Source of the DNA: Deltaproteobacteria bacterium
GTDB taxonomy: Bacteria > Myxococcota > Myxococcia > Myxococcales > 40CM-4-68-19
NCBI GenBank assembly: GCA_005879805.1
Contig: VBKL01000048.1
Span: 1,310-65,309 of the forward strand
Direction of reading: 5' to 3'
Length of the DNA stretch: 64,000 nt
In this document: positions 37,821 to 50,766 of the stretch, piece after piece
Layout: the number at the start of each line of letters is the position of its first letter
Numbering within the stretch: position 1 is the first letter of the stretch
Notes under the pieces: generated by a model
What the model was told of the DNA's origin: nothing
Databases searched by the model: none
What the model saw: the letters and a program-made list of their open reading frames with translations, nothing else
Translations under genes and position numbers: made by a program

Positions 37821-39478
37821 TCACTCATCCGTGGAGAGCGCGGCGACGACCGATTCCCGGCGCGTCTCGAAAAGTCGAGCGGCAAAGGCGAGCAGGCCGC
37901 CGTAAGCGAAGCTCATCGCGACGGCCAGTCCTGCGTAGGCGACGGCGGCGGGCAATCCGAGAACCGCGGCGATCGCGAACGGTCCCCAAGCGGCGAGGCT
38001 CAAGAGCAGGAGCGCGAACATGCGCGATCCGACGGGACCGCTCCCTCGCACCCTCCGCAGGCGCATCCCGCGGACCGGTACCGGCCAGAGGATGCTGGAG
38101 ACGTTTCCGACGGTGGCGAGGAGCGGGAAGAGCGCCAGGTGCGCGAGGAGAGCGATCGCCACCTGCTCCGCCGTCACCGGCCCCGTCGCGACGGCCACGA
38201 CGATCAGCGCGGCGAAGATGAGGACCGAGAAGACGTAGGCGACCGCGTTCTTGGCGACGAGGACGGCGCGGGGCGAGACCGGCCAGAGGAACCACGCCCG
38301 CGCTCCGCCGAGATCGCGCCCGAAACAATTGGTGGCGAGCTCCAGCACGCCGAGGTGCGCGTAGACCGCGGCGAAGAGGAGCGGCTCGCGGCGGACGAAT
38401 CCCGCGGCGTCCCGGAAGAAGACCGACCGCAAGACGAGGAAGCCGACCGACACCAGGATGATCTGGAGCCAGCCGACGCGCAGAACCGTCTTCGCCTCCT
38501 TCTCGACGAGCGCGGCGAGGCGGTCGGGGACCCCCGGGATCCGCCAGCCCCTGCTCTTCACCTTCGCCGACGGCGCCACAGTCACCTCGGCGGGACGCCG
38601 CGCTTCCCGGAGCGAGACGACGTGCGCGAGAGAGGCGCTGGCGAGACCTACGGCGAAAAGGAGAAAGGCGAAGGCAAGCGCGGGTAGCACGGCGCCGCTG
38701 GAGACATCCGCCGCGAAATGGGCGGCCCAGCCGGGCGGCGTGTACTCGACCGCCTTCCACGCGCTGCCGGCGAAGAGGCTCCCGACGCCGCGGCGGCCTG
38801 CCTTGGCGAGGCCGAGTTGGAACGAAGTGAACGCCGCGGCGAAGAAAACGACGCTGGCGATGCGGCGCACGGCGGGATGCGCATCGAGCGCTCCGGAAAG
38901 GGTGGCGACGAGGTGCAACAGGCCCGCTACCGCCCAGACGCAGAGGACCTCGGCGCTTAGAAGCGCGACCGGTCCGGGCATGCCGGGAATCCGCGATCCC
39001 GCGAAAGCCATCGCGAAAAGGATCGGCCAGAAGAAGAGCCAGGCCGGATCGAGCAACTCCGCCGCAAAGTTGAGCGCCGACACGAGGCGCGGAGGCACGG
39101 CGAAGACGAGGAAGCGGCGGGGATCGAAGAGGGCGCCGCTTTGTCCGCGGGGAAGCAGCGCGAACCAGATCCGCGCGAGGAGCACGCCCGCGAGCCAGGT
39201 GGCGAAGATGGCTACCGCTCCGCCCCGCGCCTCGACGCGCCCCGGAGCGTGCTGCAACTCGACGGCCTTGCCCCACACCGCCACTGCCACGCCACAGCTC
39301 ACCGCGAGGCCGAGCAGGACGGAGAGGATGGAGAGAACGAGCCGCCCCCATTCGCGGCGCCGCGCGATCCTCCGCAGTGACAGCGTGAATCGCAGCCAGA
39401 GGAGCGCCCGGGCCTGGTCGCCGTATCCTCCGGCCTTCGACCTCCGCCCGTCCCCGGCGAGGCCAACTCCTGCCACCG

Positions 39479-39482
<4 letters not shown>
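37821..39482 (-). CDS. Multi-pass membrane protein, probable ABC exporter permease
   Basis: Many TM segments, AALVEKE.K..LR and NCFG.D motifs; GTGA overlap with the ABC ATPase stop. Confidence 0.75.
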
Positions 39483-41730
<2,248 letters not shown>

Positions 41731-43842
41731 CTAGTTGCTGCCTGTCGAGCTGCCGCCGCCGCGGATCTCGCCCACGATCCGGCTCGCGCCGTAGATGTGA
41801 TCGAGCGCCTCCATCAGCGCCGGGCTCGACACCGAGACCGACCGGTTCACGCTTGGATCGAACCAGTACTCGCCGCCGAGCGACTGGATGTTTCCGTCGA
41901 AGATGAGGCCGACGACCTCCAGCTTGGCATTGAAGAGCGGCGAGCCGCTGTTCCCGCCGATGATGTCGTTGCTCGTCGCCAGATCGAACGGCGTGTTCAA
42001 GTTGAGCCGCCCGTCTTGCTTGGCGACGTTCCAGCTCTTCGGCAGCGCGAATGGCTCGCGCCCCGTGGCGCGGTCGAACGCTCCGCCCATGGCGGTGATC
42101 GGGTTCACGTGGTGGCCGTTCTCGTCGTATCCCTCGACCGATCCGTAGCTCAAGCGGAGCGTGAAGGTCGCGTCCGGATAGTTGCTGGTGCCTTCGAGCT
42201 TGAACCGGGCCTTCGCGATCTTGCCCTGGTTGCGCTTCTCCACCGAGTCGACTCCGTGCTCGTACGCCGCGCGAACCTCGCGGGCGGCCGGATCCACCAG
42301 GCGGGCGAGCTGGATCATCGGATCGTTCGAAGCGTCGATGGCCGCCTTGCCGCCTTCGAAGAGCTGCTTGCGGACGGCGAGGTCCTTGAGCTTGCTCCCC
42401 GTCACGAGCTCGCGAGCGAGGTCATCCGGCGACCTGGTGCCGAACACCTTGCGCACGAGCGCGTCGTCGGGACCGAGCACTTCGCGGAGCTTGGTGAGGG
42501 CGAAGCGCAAAGCCTCCATCTCGTAGTCGTCATGCACGGGGGCGGAGGAGAAGAGCTTCTGCTTCAGCGCCGGCAGCGCGGAGTCGACGTACTCGCGGAG
42601 CCGCTCCTCGTTGGGCTTCTGCAGCTCTTCCGCGGCGCGAACGAGATAGCGGGCATTCCGGAAGTACGTCGTATTGATCACGCTGAAGCCGCGCGGCCGG
42701 ATGAAGGTGCCGGAGTTGGTCGGCCCTCCTTCCAGCGTGTAGAGGCGATCGTGGAGCTCTTTCGCCTTCTCCACCGACCTGGCGATCTCGTCCCAGGCGC
42801 CGGCCACCGCCTTCGTTCCCTTGGTCTTCTGCTGCAGCGCCTGCTCGGTCCGCTCTTTCAGGTTGAAGAGCTTGGGATCGATCAGCGCCTCGCGGCGTCC
42901 CTTGAGCGCCTTGTAGCTGTTCTCGACGGTGAAGAGGTCCGCTTCCGCGGTGCGGTGCTGCTCGGGACCGCGGCGTGTGTACTCGGTCAAGAAGCCGCGC
43001 ACCTGCGCGTAATACGTCAGCGAGTCGGGAAGGGCCACGTCGCGCTCGTAGCGGAGCTGCGCGACGGTCAGCTCCCGATCGGTCCCGCCCGGATGGCCGG
43101 AGACGAAGGTGAGGTCGCCGTCCTTGGCGCCCCCCTGCGACCACCGGAAGTAATGGTCGGTATGGAAAGGCTTCCCGTCGTCGTAGGCGCGGAGGAACGA
43201 CACGTCGAGGTCGTAGCGCGGGAAGTTGAAGTTGTCGGGATCGCCGCCGAAGAAGGCGATGGCGAACTCGGGCGCGAAGACGAGGCGCACGTCCTGGAAG
43301 CGGCGGTACTTGTACAGATCGTAGCGGCCGCCGTGGTAGAGCGTGACGACGTCGCAGCGCACCTTGGCGTCGCCGCCGGCGCACTCCTTCTCGATCTTCG
43401 CCAGCGCGCCCTTCTCGGCCTTGCCGAACTTCTCGCCGGAAAGCCCGTCTGTCGCCGCGGTCACCCGCGAGGTGACGTCGGAGATCTGCACGAGCTGGTT
43501 GAGCTCGATCTCCGGGCACTTCACCTCCTCTGGCTGCGTCTTCGCGTAGAAGCCTTCCTTGACGAAGTCCCTGTCCTTGGTCGAGAGCTGCTCGATACAG
43601 GTGTGGGCGCAGTGGTGGTTGGTCATCACCAGTCCGTCGGCGGAGACGAAGCTGCCCGAGCAGCCTCCAGCGAGCCGGACAGACGAGAGCCGCGCCGCCT
43701 CGAGCCAGCGGTCGTCGGGGTTGAATCCGTACTTCTTGGAAACCTTGTCCTTCGGGAAATTGTCGTAGGTCCACATGCCTTCGTCGGCGCGCGCGGCGAA
43801 TGCCACAGCGAGCCCGAAAGCGAGCGCAGCCAATCGATTCAT
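41731..43842 (-). CDS. S46 family dipeptidyl peptidase
   Basis: Signal peptide, ADEGMW, TNHHC, YPDATFTLRLSYG, DIIGGNSGSP, GLIFDGN. Confidence 0.95.
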   Translation of the reverse strand: MNRLAALAFGLAVAFAARADEGMWTYDNFPKDKVSKKYGFNPDDRWLEAARLSSVRLAGGCSGSFVSADGLVMTNHHCAHTCIEQLSTKDRDFVKEGFYAKTQPEEVKCPEIELNQLVQISDVTSRVTAATDGLSGEKFGKAEKGALAKIEKECAGGDAKVRCDVVTLYHGGRYDLYKYRRFQDVRLVFAPEFAIAFFGGDPDNFNFPRYDLDVSFLRAYDDGKPFHTDHYFRWSQGGAKDGDLTFVSGHPGGTDRELTVAQLRYERDVALPDSLTYYAQVRGFLTEYTRRGPEQHRTAEADLFTVENSYKALKGRREALIDPKLFNLKERTEQALQQKTKGTKAVAGAWDEIARSVEKAKELHDRLYTLEGGPTNSGTFIRPRGFSVINTTYFRNARYLVRAAEELQKPNEERLREYVDSALPALKQKLFSSAPVHDDYEMEALRFALTKLREVLGPDDALVRKVFGTRSPDDLARELVTGSKLKDLAVRKQLFEGGKAAIDASNDPMIQLARLVDPAAREVRAAYEHGVDSVEKRNQGKIAKARFKLEGTSNYPDATFTLRLSYGSVEGYDENGHHVNPITAMGGAFDRATGREPFALPKSWNVAKQDGRLNLNTPFDLATSNDIIGGNSGSPLFNAKLEVVGLIFDGNIQSLGGEYWFDPSVNRSVSVSSPALMEALDHIYGASRIVGEIRGGGSSTGSN

Positions 43843-43927
43843 GTGCGTCCCTTTCCGCCCTGGCAGCGGAGAGTGTCCGAGAGTGAGGGGGCGGGTTTTG
43901 CCGGAACGGGCGCCGCCCGTCAAGCCG

Positions 43928-45127
43928 CTACGGGGCGGGAATGGCGGCGAGTAGATTGCCCAGTTTGCCGAGCTCCGTAGCGGTTTCCGTATCGGCCAGC
44001 CACTCTGCCGGGAAGTGACGCTGCGCACGCAAGAAAGCGTCCAGTTGCGCGTCCCGGCCGTAGAGGGCGGACGCGGCGGCGACCGCCCGCACGAGCCCTG
44101 CCCGGACCGACGACGCCTCGGTCGTCTGCCGGGCGATCTCCACCTCGGCGCTGGCCTCCGCGAGGTGCTGGCGATCGTGCAGGCGGAGGTTCTCCCGCCG
44201 GCTCACCATGGACAAGGAGTCGAGAAAGCGAGCGAGGTTCTCGGTGGTGAGCTTGATCTCGCGCACCCGAGGCGGGGTTTCCAGCGAAAGGGCGTGCAGC
44301 TCGGTGCGCGTCTCGAGGAAGATGCGCTTGTCCGCGGTGCGCAGCGCAGCCAACGCCCGCGTGCGGCTGAAGGCCTGCACGTCCCGGAGCGCCTCGCCGA
44401 GAACCGTGGCGAGGCGATCGTCGGGCGTGGCGGCAATGCGGCGGGCGTGGCCGCGGAAGAGGAAGGCGAGGTTGGTCGCGGCGTTCCTCACCAGGAGCGC
44501 CTGGGAGAGATCCATCGCGTAGCCGGGCACGACGTTGATGCGCTCGACGTCCTCGACCGTGGAGGCAAGCTGGTAGATGAGCTCTCCGATTCCCGCTCGC
44601 AGGCGGCCGCGGAATTCCAGGAGGTCGGAAATCAAGTTCCAGGTGTCCGAGACCACGCTCGGGTTGCGCAGGCGCTCTCCCAGGCGGGTGACGTCGCGCC
44701 GCAGACCCATGGAGACCGCGGAGACCATGCCCGCGATCTCCTCCTCTTTCGACGGTGGGCGTTCGGCGACGGAATCGCTGCTCGCGGATCCGAAAGCCGC
44801 GTCGAGGCCGGCGTCGAGGTCGCCCTCCGCTCGCGGCGGAAAGACCTCCTCCGCGACCGCCACCAGGCGGTTGACGCTCTCGACCGTCTCGCTCATCACC
44901 GGCGCAAGCTCTTCCCACAGGGCAAGCGTGTGCGACCCGGCAGAGGAGCCCGCCTCGAAACGGACCAGATCGACCTCGGCGAGTTGCAGGATCGATTCCG
45001 CTGCTCCGAAGAGGAGGCGGTTCACCCGCTCGCGGAGGGCGGGCGGAAATCGAGCGGCGAGATCACGAAGCCGTTCTTCGACGTCGCGGGCGGCCGCATC
45101 TTCGGGAGGAAGAATCCCGACCGGCAT
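43928..45127 (-). CDS. Hypothetical alpha-helical protein
   Basis: 399-aa ORF with protein-like composition; no family recognised. Confidence 0.7.
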   Translation of the reverse strand: MPVGILPPEDAAARDVEERLRDLAARFPPALRERVNRLLFGAAESILQLAEVDLVRFEAGSSAGSHTLALWEELAPVMSETVESVNRLVAVAEEVFPPRAEGDLDAGLDAAFGSASSDSVAERPPSKEEEIAGMVSAVSMGLRRDVTRLGERLRNPSVVSDTWNLISDLLEFRGRLRAGIGELIYQLASTVEDVERINVVPGYAMDLSQALLVRNAATNLAFLFRGHARRIAATPDDRLATVLGEALRDVQAFSRTRALAALRTADKRIFLETRTELHALSLETPPRVREIKLTTENLARFLDSLSMVSRRENLRLHDRQHLAEASAEVEIARQTTEASSVRAGLVRAVAAASALYGRDAQLDAFLRAQRHFPAEWLADTETATELGKLGNLLAAIPAP

Positions 45128-45185
45128 TGCGGCTTGCTAGCACATGCCGTCCCGGAGTCGTGACCAAATCGCTGCGGGGAGCGCC

Positions 45186-45219
45186 AAAAGGAAGGGCGCG
45201 TCCCTTTCGAGACGCGCCC
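45186..45219 (-). terminator. Intrinsic terminator of the sigma factor gene
   Basis: GGGCGCGTC/GACGCGCCC 9-bp stem followed on the minus strand by TTCCTTTT, about 30 nt after the stop. Confidence 0.75.
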
Positions 45220-45250
45220 CGAAGCTAGCGAGCCTGCGCGACGGCGCTGC

Positions 45251-45961
45251 TTATGCCGCTTCCTCGAAGTCCGCCAGGTACCGGCTGAGGAAGCTGCGCG
45301 TGCTCTTCTCCACCTGCCGGACGCGCTCGCGGGAAAGGCCCCACTGCTTGCCGAGGTCCTCGAGCGTCCGCGGATCCTCCTGCGTCAGGCGGTCGTTCAA
45401 GATGTCCCAGGCCAGTTCGCCCATGCGCTTGCGGACGCGGCCGAGAGCGCTGCGCACGTCCTTCTGCCGCTCGGCGCGGATGACCTGCTCGTCAGGCGTC
45501 GGCCCTTCGTCCTTCAACCGGTCGAGGTGGGTCGACTCGCCCTCGGGGTCGAGAGACTCCTCGAGCGAGATGTCGCGCGGCGGAAGTCCGCCGTGAGGCA
45601 TCGTCCGGCGCACCGCCGAAGGACCGTCCTTCAGCGAGCGCGTGATGTAGGCGCGGATCCACCAGACCGCGTACGTGGAGAAGCGGTTGCCCTTCTCCGG
45701 GTCGAAGTGCTCGATGGCCTTCAACAGGCCGTAGTTGCCCTCCTGCACGAGATCCTCGAGGCGGACGCCGCGGCCCATGAACTTGCGGGCCACGGAGATG
45801 ACGAGGCTCAGGTTGTGCAGGACGAGCTTTTCCTGCGCGCGCTTGTCGCCCTTGCGGGCCTTCCGCGTGACCACGAGCTCCGTCTCCCGATCGAACGGGG
45901 GATGGGCCCGGATCAGCTTGATCAGGGGCGCGAGGTCGTCGAACTCGCTGCGATCGCGCAT
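45251..45961 (-). CDS. Alternative sigma-70 factor (RpoD/RpoH-like region 2, short region 3)
   Basis: NL.LV.S.A.K, DLVQEGN.GL.KA.E.FDP.KG.RFSTYA.WWIR, TLEDLG...GLSRERVRQ. Confidence 0.9.
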   Translation of the reverse strand: MRDRSEFDDLAPLIKLIRAHPPFDRETELVVTRKARKGDKRAQEKLVLHNLSLVISVARKFMGRGVRLEDLVQEGNYGLLKAIEHFDPEKGNRFSTYAVWWIRAYITRSLKDGPSAVRRTMPHGGLPPRDISLEESLDPEGESTHLDRLKDEGPTPDEQVIRAERQKDVRSALGRVRKRMGELAWDILNDRLTQEDPRTLEDLGKQWGLSRERVRQVEKSTRSFLSRYLADFEEAA

Positions 45962-46159
45962 TCTCTCTGCTCCGTCCTTTCCCTTTCCTTCGAGAACGCC
46001 TGGCGGCCTGCAAAGATCCCGACCGCGTGAAGCCTCTTTCCGACCACGTTTCTTCTGATGCCGAACGCCGCAGTGTGTTGCTGATTCCTTTTCGCGGCGT
46101 TATGACGCACGGTTCATCTGAGAACAACCCGGGTCCATCCGGCTAAATACCCGAAAACT

Positions 46160-49100
46160 TTGGCAAGTTCGGACACAAAAACGCCCGGACTACGGCCGGT
46201 CGTGCGCCGCTGGTTCGAGTCGTCGTTCGCCGCCCCTACCCGCGCACAGGCGCTCGGTTGGCCGCCCATCCTGGCGGGAAGGAGCACCTTGCTCCTCGCG
46301 CCGACGGGATCCGGGAAGACTCTCGCAGCCTTTCTGACGTCGATTGACCGCTTGATGTTCAATCCGGCGCCAGAAAAGAAATCGCGCTGCCGGGTGCTCT
46401 ACGTCTCGCCGATGAAGGCGCTTGCTGTCGATGTCGAGCGCAACCTCCGGGCCCCGATCGCAGGCATCGCGGCGCAGGCAGAGCGGGACGGCGAACAGAT
46501 CCACATGCCGGTGGTTGGAATCCGCACCGGCGACACGCCCGCCAAGGAACGCGCGCAAATGTTGCGCGCTCCGCCCGACATCCTCATCACCACGCCGGAG
46601 TCGCTCTACCTCCTGCTCACCTCGCAGTCGCGCGAGATCCTCCGCTCGGTCGACACGGTCATCGTCGACGAGATCCACGCGCTCGTCTCCGGAAAGCGCG
46701 GCGCGCATCTGTTCCTTTCGCTGGAACGGGTCGAGGCCCTGCGCACGGCGAAAACGCCGCTCCAGCGCATCGGGCTTTCGGCGACACAGCGACCGCTCGA
46801 CGAAGTGGCCCGGCTCCTCGGTGGGGGCGAGCTGTCGCCTTCCGGCCGGAAGTGGCGGCCGCGGCCGGTCGAGATCGTCGATGCCGGCAGCAAGAAGGAG
46901 TTCGACCTGCGAGTCGAGGTCCCGGTCGAGGACCTCGGCAGGATCGGGAGAGTGGAGCCGTCGACCACCGAGCGGGGAGAGGGCCGGCGAAGCTCGATCT
47001 GGCCGTCGATCCATCCCCGGCTCGTCGAGCTGATCCGGGCGAACCGCTCGACGATGATCTTCGTGAACTCGCGGCGGCTGTCGGAGCGCCTGGCCGCCGC
47101 CATCAACGAGGTGGCGCGCGAGGAGATCGCCCTCGCCCACCACGGCAGCCTCGCCAAGGAGAAGCGGCAGGAGATCGAGGATCGGCTGAAGCAAGGAAAG
47201 CTTCCCGCCATCGTCGCGACCAGCTCGCTCGAGCTCGGCATCGACATGGGCGCGGTGGACCTCGTCATCCAGATCGAGGCGCCGCCCAGCATCGCCTCGG
47301 GGTTGCAACGCATCGGCCGGGCCGGCCACCACGTGGGAGGCGTTCCGCGCGGGGTCATCTTCCCCAAGCACCGCGGCGACCTCCTCGGCAGCGCCGCGGC
47401 GGCGGTGGGGATGGGGAAGGGCCAGGTCGAGGAGACCTTCTACCCGCGAAATCCGCTCGACGTGCTCGCCCAGCAAATCGTGGCGATGAGTGCAGAGCGG
47501 ACCTGGAAGGTGGACGAGATGTTCGCTCTGGCCCGCCGGACGGCTCCCTTCGCGGATCTGCCTCGGCAGAGCTTCGAAGGCGTTCTCGACATGCTTTCGG
47601 GGCGCTATCCCTCCGACGAGTTTGCCGAGCTCCGTCCGCGCGTGACCTGGGACCGCGTCGCTTCCGAGGTACGAGCTCGGGAAGGCGCCGCCCGCGTCGC
47701 GGTGGTGAACGCCGGGACCATTCCCGATCGCGGCCTGTACGGCGTCTTCCTGGCGGCGGGCGATGGGAAGACGAGCCGCCGTGTCGGCGAGCTCGACGAG
47801 GAGATGGTCTTCGAAAGCCGCGTCGGCGAGGTGTTCGTCCTGGGGGCGTCGAGCTGGCGCATCGAGGAGATCACCCAGGATCGCGTGCTGGTCAGCCCCG
47901 CGCCCGGCGAGCCCGGCAAGATGCCGTTCTGGCATGGCGATCGGCCGGGCCGCCCGCTCGAGTTCGGAGAGGCGGTCGGGAAGCTCGCGCGCGAACTGTC
48001 CCGGCTTCCGGCGCCGGAGGCCGCGGAGCGTCTGCGCCGCGATCATGGACTCGACGATCGCGCCGCGCAGAACCTTGTGCGGTACCTCGCCGAGCAGGTC
48101 GCGACCACCGGCGAGGTCCCGAGCGATCGCACCATCGTGGTCGAGCGCTACGTCGACGAGATGGGCGACTTCCGCGTGTGCGTGCTGACACCCTTCGGCG
48201 CTCGCGTGCATGCGCCCTGGGCGACGGCGGTGGTCGCGCGGCTCGGAGAATTGCGCGGAACGGAAATAGAGATGCTCTACAGCGATGACGGCATGGTCTT
48301 CCGCGTGCCACAGGCCGACGAGCCGCCCGTGCCGGAGCTGTTCTTTCCCTCGCCGGAGGAGATCGAGGACCTCGTCTCCCGCTCCCTCGGCGGGACCTCG
48401 CTCTTCGCGGCGCGGTTCCGCGAGAATGCCGCACGCGCTCTGCTGCTGCCGCGCCGGCATCCCGGACGGCGGACCCCGCTCTGGGCGCAGCGCAAGCGCG
48501 CGGGCGACCTGCTCGCGGTGGCGAAACGGTTCGGCAGCTTCCCCATCCTGCTCGAGACGTACCGGGAGTGCCTGCGCGACGTCTTCGACTTGCCCGGGCT
48601 CACCGACCTCTTGCGCCGAGTGAAGGACCGGCGCGTGCGGGTCGTGACCGCCGATACCCGCACGCCTTCCCCTTTCGCGGCCTCGCTGCTCTTCGCCTAC
48701 GTCGCGAACTTCATCTACGACAGCGACGCTCCTGCCGCCGAGCGGAGGGCGCAGGCGCTCAGCGTCGACCCCGCCCAGCTCCGCGAGCTGCTCGGCGAGT
48801 CGGAACTGCGCGAGCTGCTCGATCCGGAAGCGATCGAGGACCTCGAGCGGGCACTGCAGCGCCTCTCCTCGCGCCATCCGGTCCGCCACGCGGACGGAGC
48901 GCACGATCTCTTGCTCCAGCTCGGCGATCTGACCGCAGCGGAGCTGGCCGCGCGCAGCCTCCCCGCAGCGCCGGTCGAAGGATGGCTGGAGCAGCTCCGG
49001 CGGGAGCGACGGGCGTTTCCGGCGCCGATCGGCGGCGAGGATCGCTGGATCGCCGCGGAGGATGCGGCGCGCTTCCGCGACGCGCTCGGCGTCTTGCCAC

Positions 49101-50755
49101 CGCCCGACATCCCATCCGAGCTCCTCGCGCCGGCGCCTCGCGCCAGGATCGACCTCGTCTCCCGCTACGCGCGGACCCACGGTCCCTTCCGGGCCGAGGA
49201 CGTCGAGCGCCGGCTGGGGATGGATTACGCGACCGTCCAATCCGCGCTCGACGCGCTGCTCGACGAGGAACGGCTCGTCGAAGGGAAGTTCCTCCCTGCC
49301 GCGCTCGTCCACGCCCGCTATCCGGACGGCGGCCGCGAACGGGAGCTATGCGACGTGGAGGTCCTGCGCGGCCTCAAGCGCCGATCGCTGGCGAAGCTGC
49401 GCAAGGAGGTCGAGCCGGTCGAAGCGCCCGCTCTCGCCCGGCTGCAGATCTCCTGGCACGGTCTCGATGCGCCGCGATCGGGGCTCGATTCCCTCCTCTC
49501 GGTCGTCGAGCAATTGCAGGGCGCGCCCATCCCGGCGAGCGCGCTCGCCCGCGACGTCCTTCCCGCGCGCGTCCGGCCCTTCAAGCCGGCCGATCTCGAT
49601 CTCCTCGCTGCCGCCGGCGAGATCGTCTGGCGCGGCGTCGAGCCGATCGGCCCGCGCGATGGGCGCATCGCCCTGTACCTCGCGGGGCACTACCCGCTCC
49701 TCGCGCCGCCGCCCGACAAGACGGAAGGCGAGCTTCCCCGCAAGATCCGCGACATCCTCGGACGGAAGGGCGCGAGCTTTTTCGCCGACCTGCAAGCCGC
49801 GACCTCCGCCTTCCCGGCTGACCTCGCAGCGGCGCTCTGGTCGATGGTCTGGGCGGGCGAGGTCACGAACGACACCCTCGCGCCGCTCCGGTCGCTCCTC
49901 GCCGGCGAGCCGTCGCAGGGCCGCAGGGAGCGCATCGCGCCCGCGTTCCGATCGCGCCGGCCCGGTCCGCCGGGGAGCGAAGGACGCTGGTCGCTGTTGC
50001 CGGCGCCGTCCGGGACTGGAACAGAGCGGAGCGCGGCCCTTGCCCAGGTGCTGCTCGCCCGGCACGGGGTCCTCACACGCGAGGCGGTGCACGCCGAGGG
50101 GATCCCGGGCGGCTTTGCCTCGGTCTACGAAGTCCTGAAGCGCATGGAGGAGACGGGCCGCGCCCGGCGCGGGTACTTCGTCGCGGGGCTCGGGGCGACA
50201 CAGTTCGCGCTTCCCGGCGCGGAGGAGCGATTGCGGTCCTTGCGCGAACCGCCGGATGGGCCGCAGACGGTGATCCTCTCCGCCACCGATCCGGCCAATC
50301 CCTACGGCGCCGCGCTGGCGTGGCCCGGTCGCGGCGAGGGCGCGCCGGAATCGCGGCCGCAGCGGGCCGCCGGGTCCCATGTCGTCCTGTACGGAGGCGA
50401 GCTCTGCGGGTACCTGGCGCGGGGCGATCGGACCCTTTTGACCTTTCTTCCGGCCGAGGAGCCGGAGCGCACGCGCCGGGCGCGGGCGCTCGTCGCCGCT
50501 CTCGCAGCCCTCGTCGAATCGGGCCGCAGGCGCGCCCTGCTCCTCGAGCAGGTCGATGGCGACCCGCCGGGCCTCTCCGCCCTCGCGCCCTATCTTGCGA
50601 CCGCGGGGTTCTCACCCGGGCAGCAGGGTTTCTTGAAGCGCGCGCCGCTCGAGGTGACTGGACTGCGGCTGCGCGCGCCAGCGGGCATGCCGCGAGGTCC
50701 GCTGGGCCCGGACGTCGATGCGCAAGACGTAGCGCTCGACGAAGACGAGCCCTGA
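46160..50755 (+). CDS. lhr: Full-length Lhr helicase
   Basis: APTGSGKT, TTPESL, DEIH, GLSAT, HHGSL, SSLELGIDMG, QRIGRAGH, plus a long C-terminal extension (LL.RHGVLTR, RRGYFV.GLG..QFA, ATDPANPYG). Confidence 0.95.
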   Translation: MASSDTKTPGLRPVVRRWFESSFAAPTRAQALGWPPILAGRSTLLLAPTGSGKTLAAFLTSIDRLMFNPAPEKKSRCRVLYVSPMKALAVDVERNLRAPIAGIAAQAERDGEQIHMPVVGIRTGDTPAKERAQMLRAPPDILITTPESLYLLLTSQSREILRSVDTVIVDEIHALVSGKRGAHLFLSLERVEALRTAKTPLQRIGLSATQRPLDEVARLLGGGELSPSGRKWRPRPVEIVDAGSKKEFDLRVEVPVEDLGRIGRVEPSTTERGEGRRSSIWPSIHPRLVELIRANRSTMIFVNSRRLSERLAAAINEVAREEIALAHHGSLAKEKRQEIEDRLKQGKLPAIVATSSLELGIDMGAVDLVIQIEAPPSIASGLQRIGRAGHHVGGVPRGVIFPKHRGDLLGSAAAAVGMGKGQVEETFYPRNPLDVLAQQIVAMSAERTWKVDEMFALARRTAPFADLPRQSFEGVLDMLSGRYPSDEFAELRPRVTWDRVASEVRAREGAARVAVVNAGTIPDRGLYGVFLAAGDGKTSRRVGELDEEMVFESRVGEVFVLGASSWRIEEITQDRVLVSPAPGEPGKMPFWHGDRPGRPLEFGEAVGKLARELSRLPAPEAAERLRRDHGLDDRAAQNLVRYLAEQVATTGEVPSDRTIVVERYVDEMGDFRVCVLTPFGARVHAPWATAVVARLGELRGTEIEMLYSDDGMVFRVPQADEPPVPELFFPSPEEIEDLVSRSLGGTSLFAARFRENAARALLLPRRHPGRRTPLWAQRKRAGDLLAVAKRFGSFPILLETYRECLRDVFDLPGLTDLLRRVKDRRVRVVTADTRTPSPFAASLLFAYVANFIYDSDAPAAERRAQALSVDPAQLRELLGESELRELLDPEAIEDLERALQRLSSRHPVRHADGAHDLLLQLGDLTAAELAARSLPAAPVEGWLEQLRRERRAFPAPIGGEDRWIAAEDAARFRDALGVLPPPDIPSELLAPAPRARIDLVSRYARTHGPFRAEDVERRLGMDYATVQSALDALLDEERLVEGKFLPAALVHARYPDGGRERELCDVEVLRGLKRRSLAKLRKEVEPVEAPALARLQISWHGLDAPRSGLDSLLSVVEQLQGAPIPASALARDVLPARVRPFKPADLDLLAAAGEIVWRGVEPIGPRDGRIALYLAGHYPLLAPPPDKTEGELPRKIRDILGRKGASFFADLQAATSAFPADLAAALWSMVWAGEVTNDTLAPLRSLLAGEPSQGRRERIAPAFRSRRPGPPGSEGRWSLLPAPSGTGTERSAALAQVLLARHGVLTREAVHAEGIPGGFASVYEVLKRMEETGRARRGYFVAGLGATQFALPGAEERLRSLREPPDGPQTVILSATDPANPYGAALAWPGRGEGAPESRPQRAAGSHVVLYGGELCGYLARGDRTLLTFLPAEEPERTRRARALVAALAALVESGRRRALLLEQVDGDPPGLSALAPYLATAGFSPGQQGFLKRAPLEVTGLRLRAPAGMPRGPLGPDVDAQDVALDEDEP

Positions 50756-50766
50756 GCGAGCCGGAA

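Noticed and set aside
46160-50755. Lhr as part of an anti-phage defence island
   Set aside because: It is a canonical full-length Lhr flanked by sigma factor genes, with no nuclease, methylase or other defence genes adjacent.
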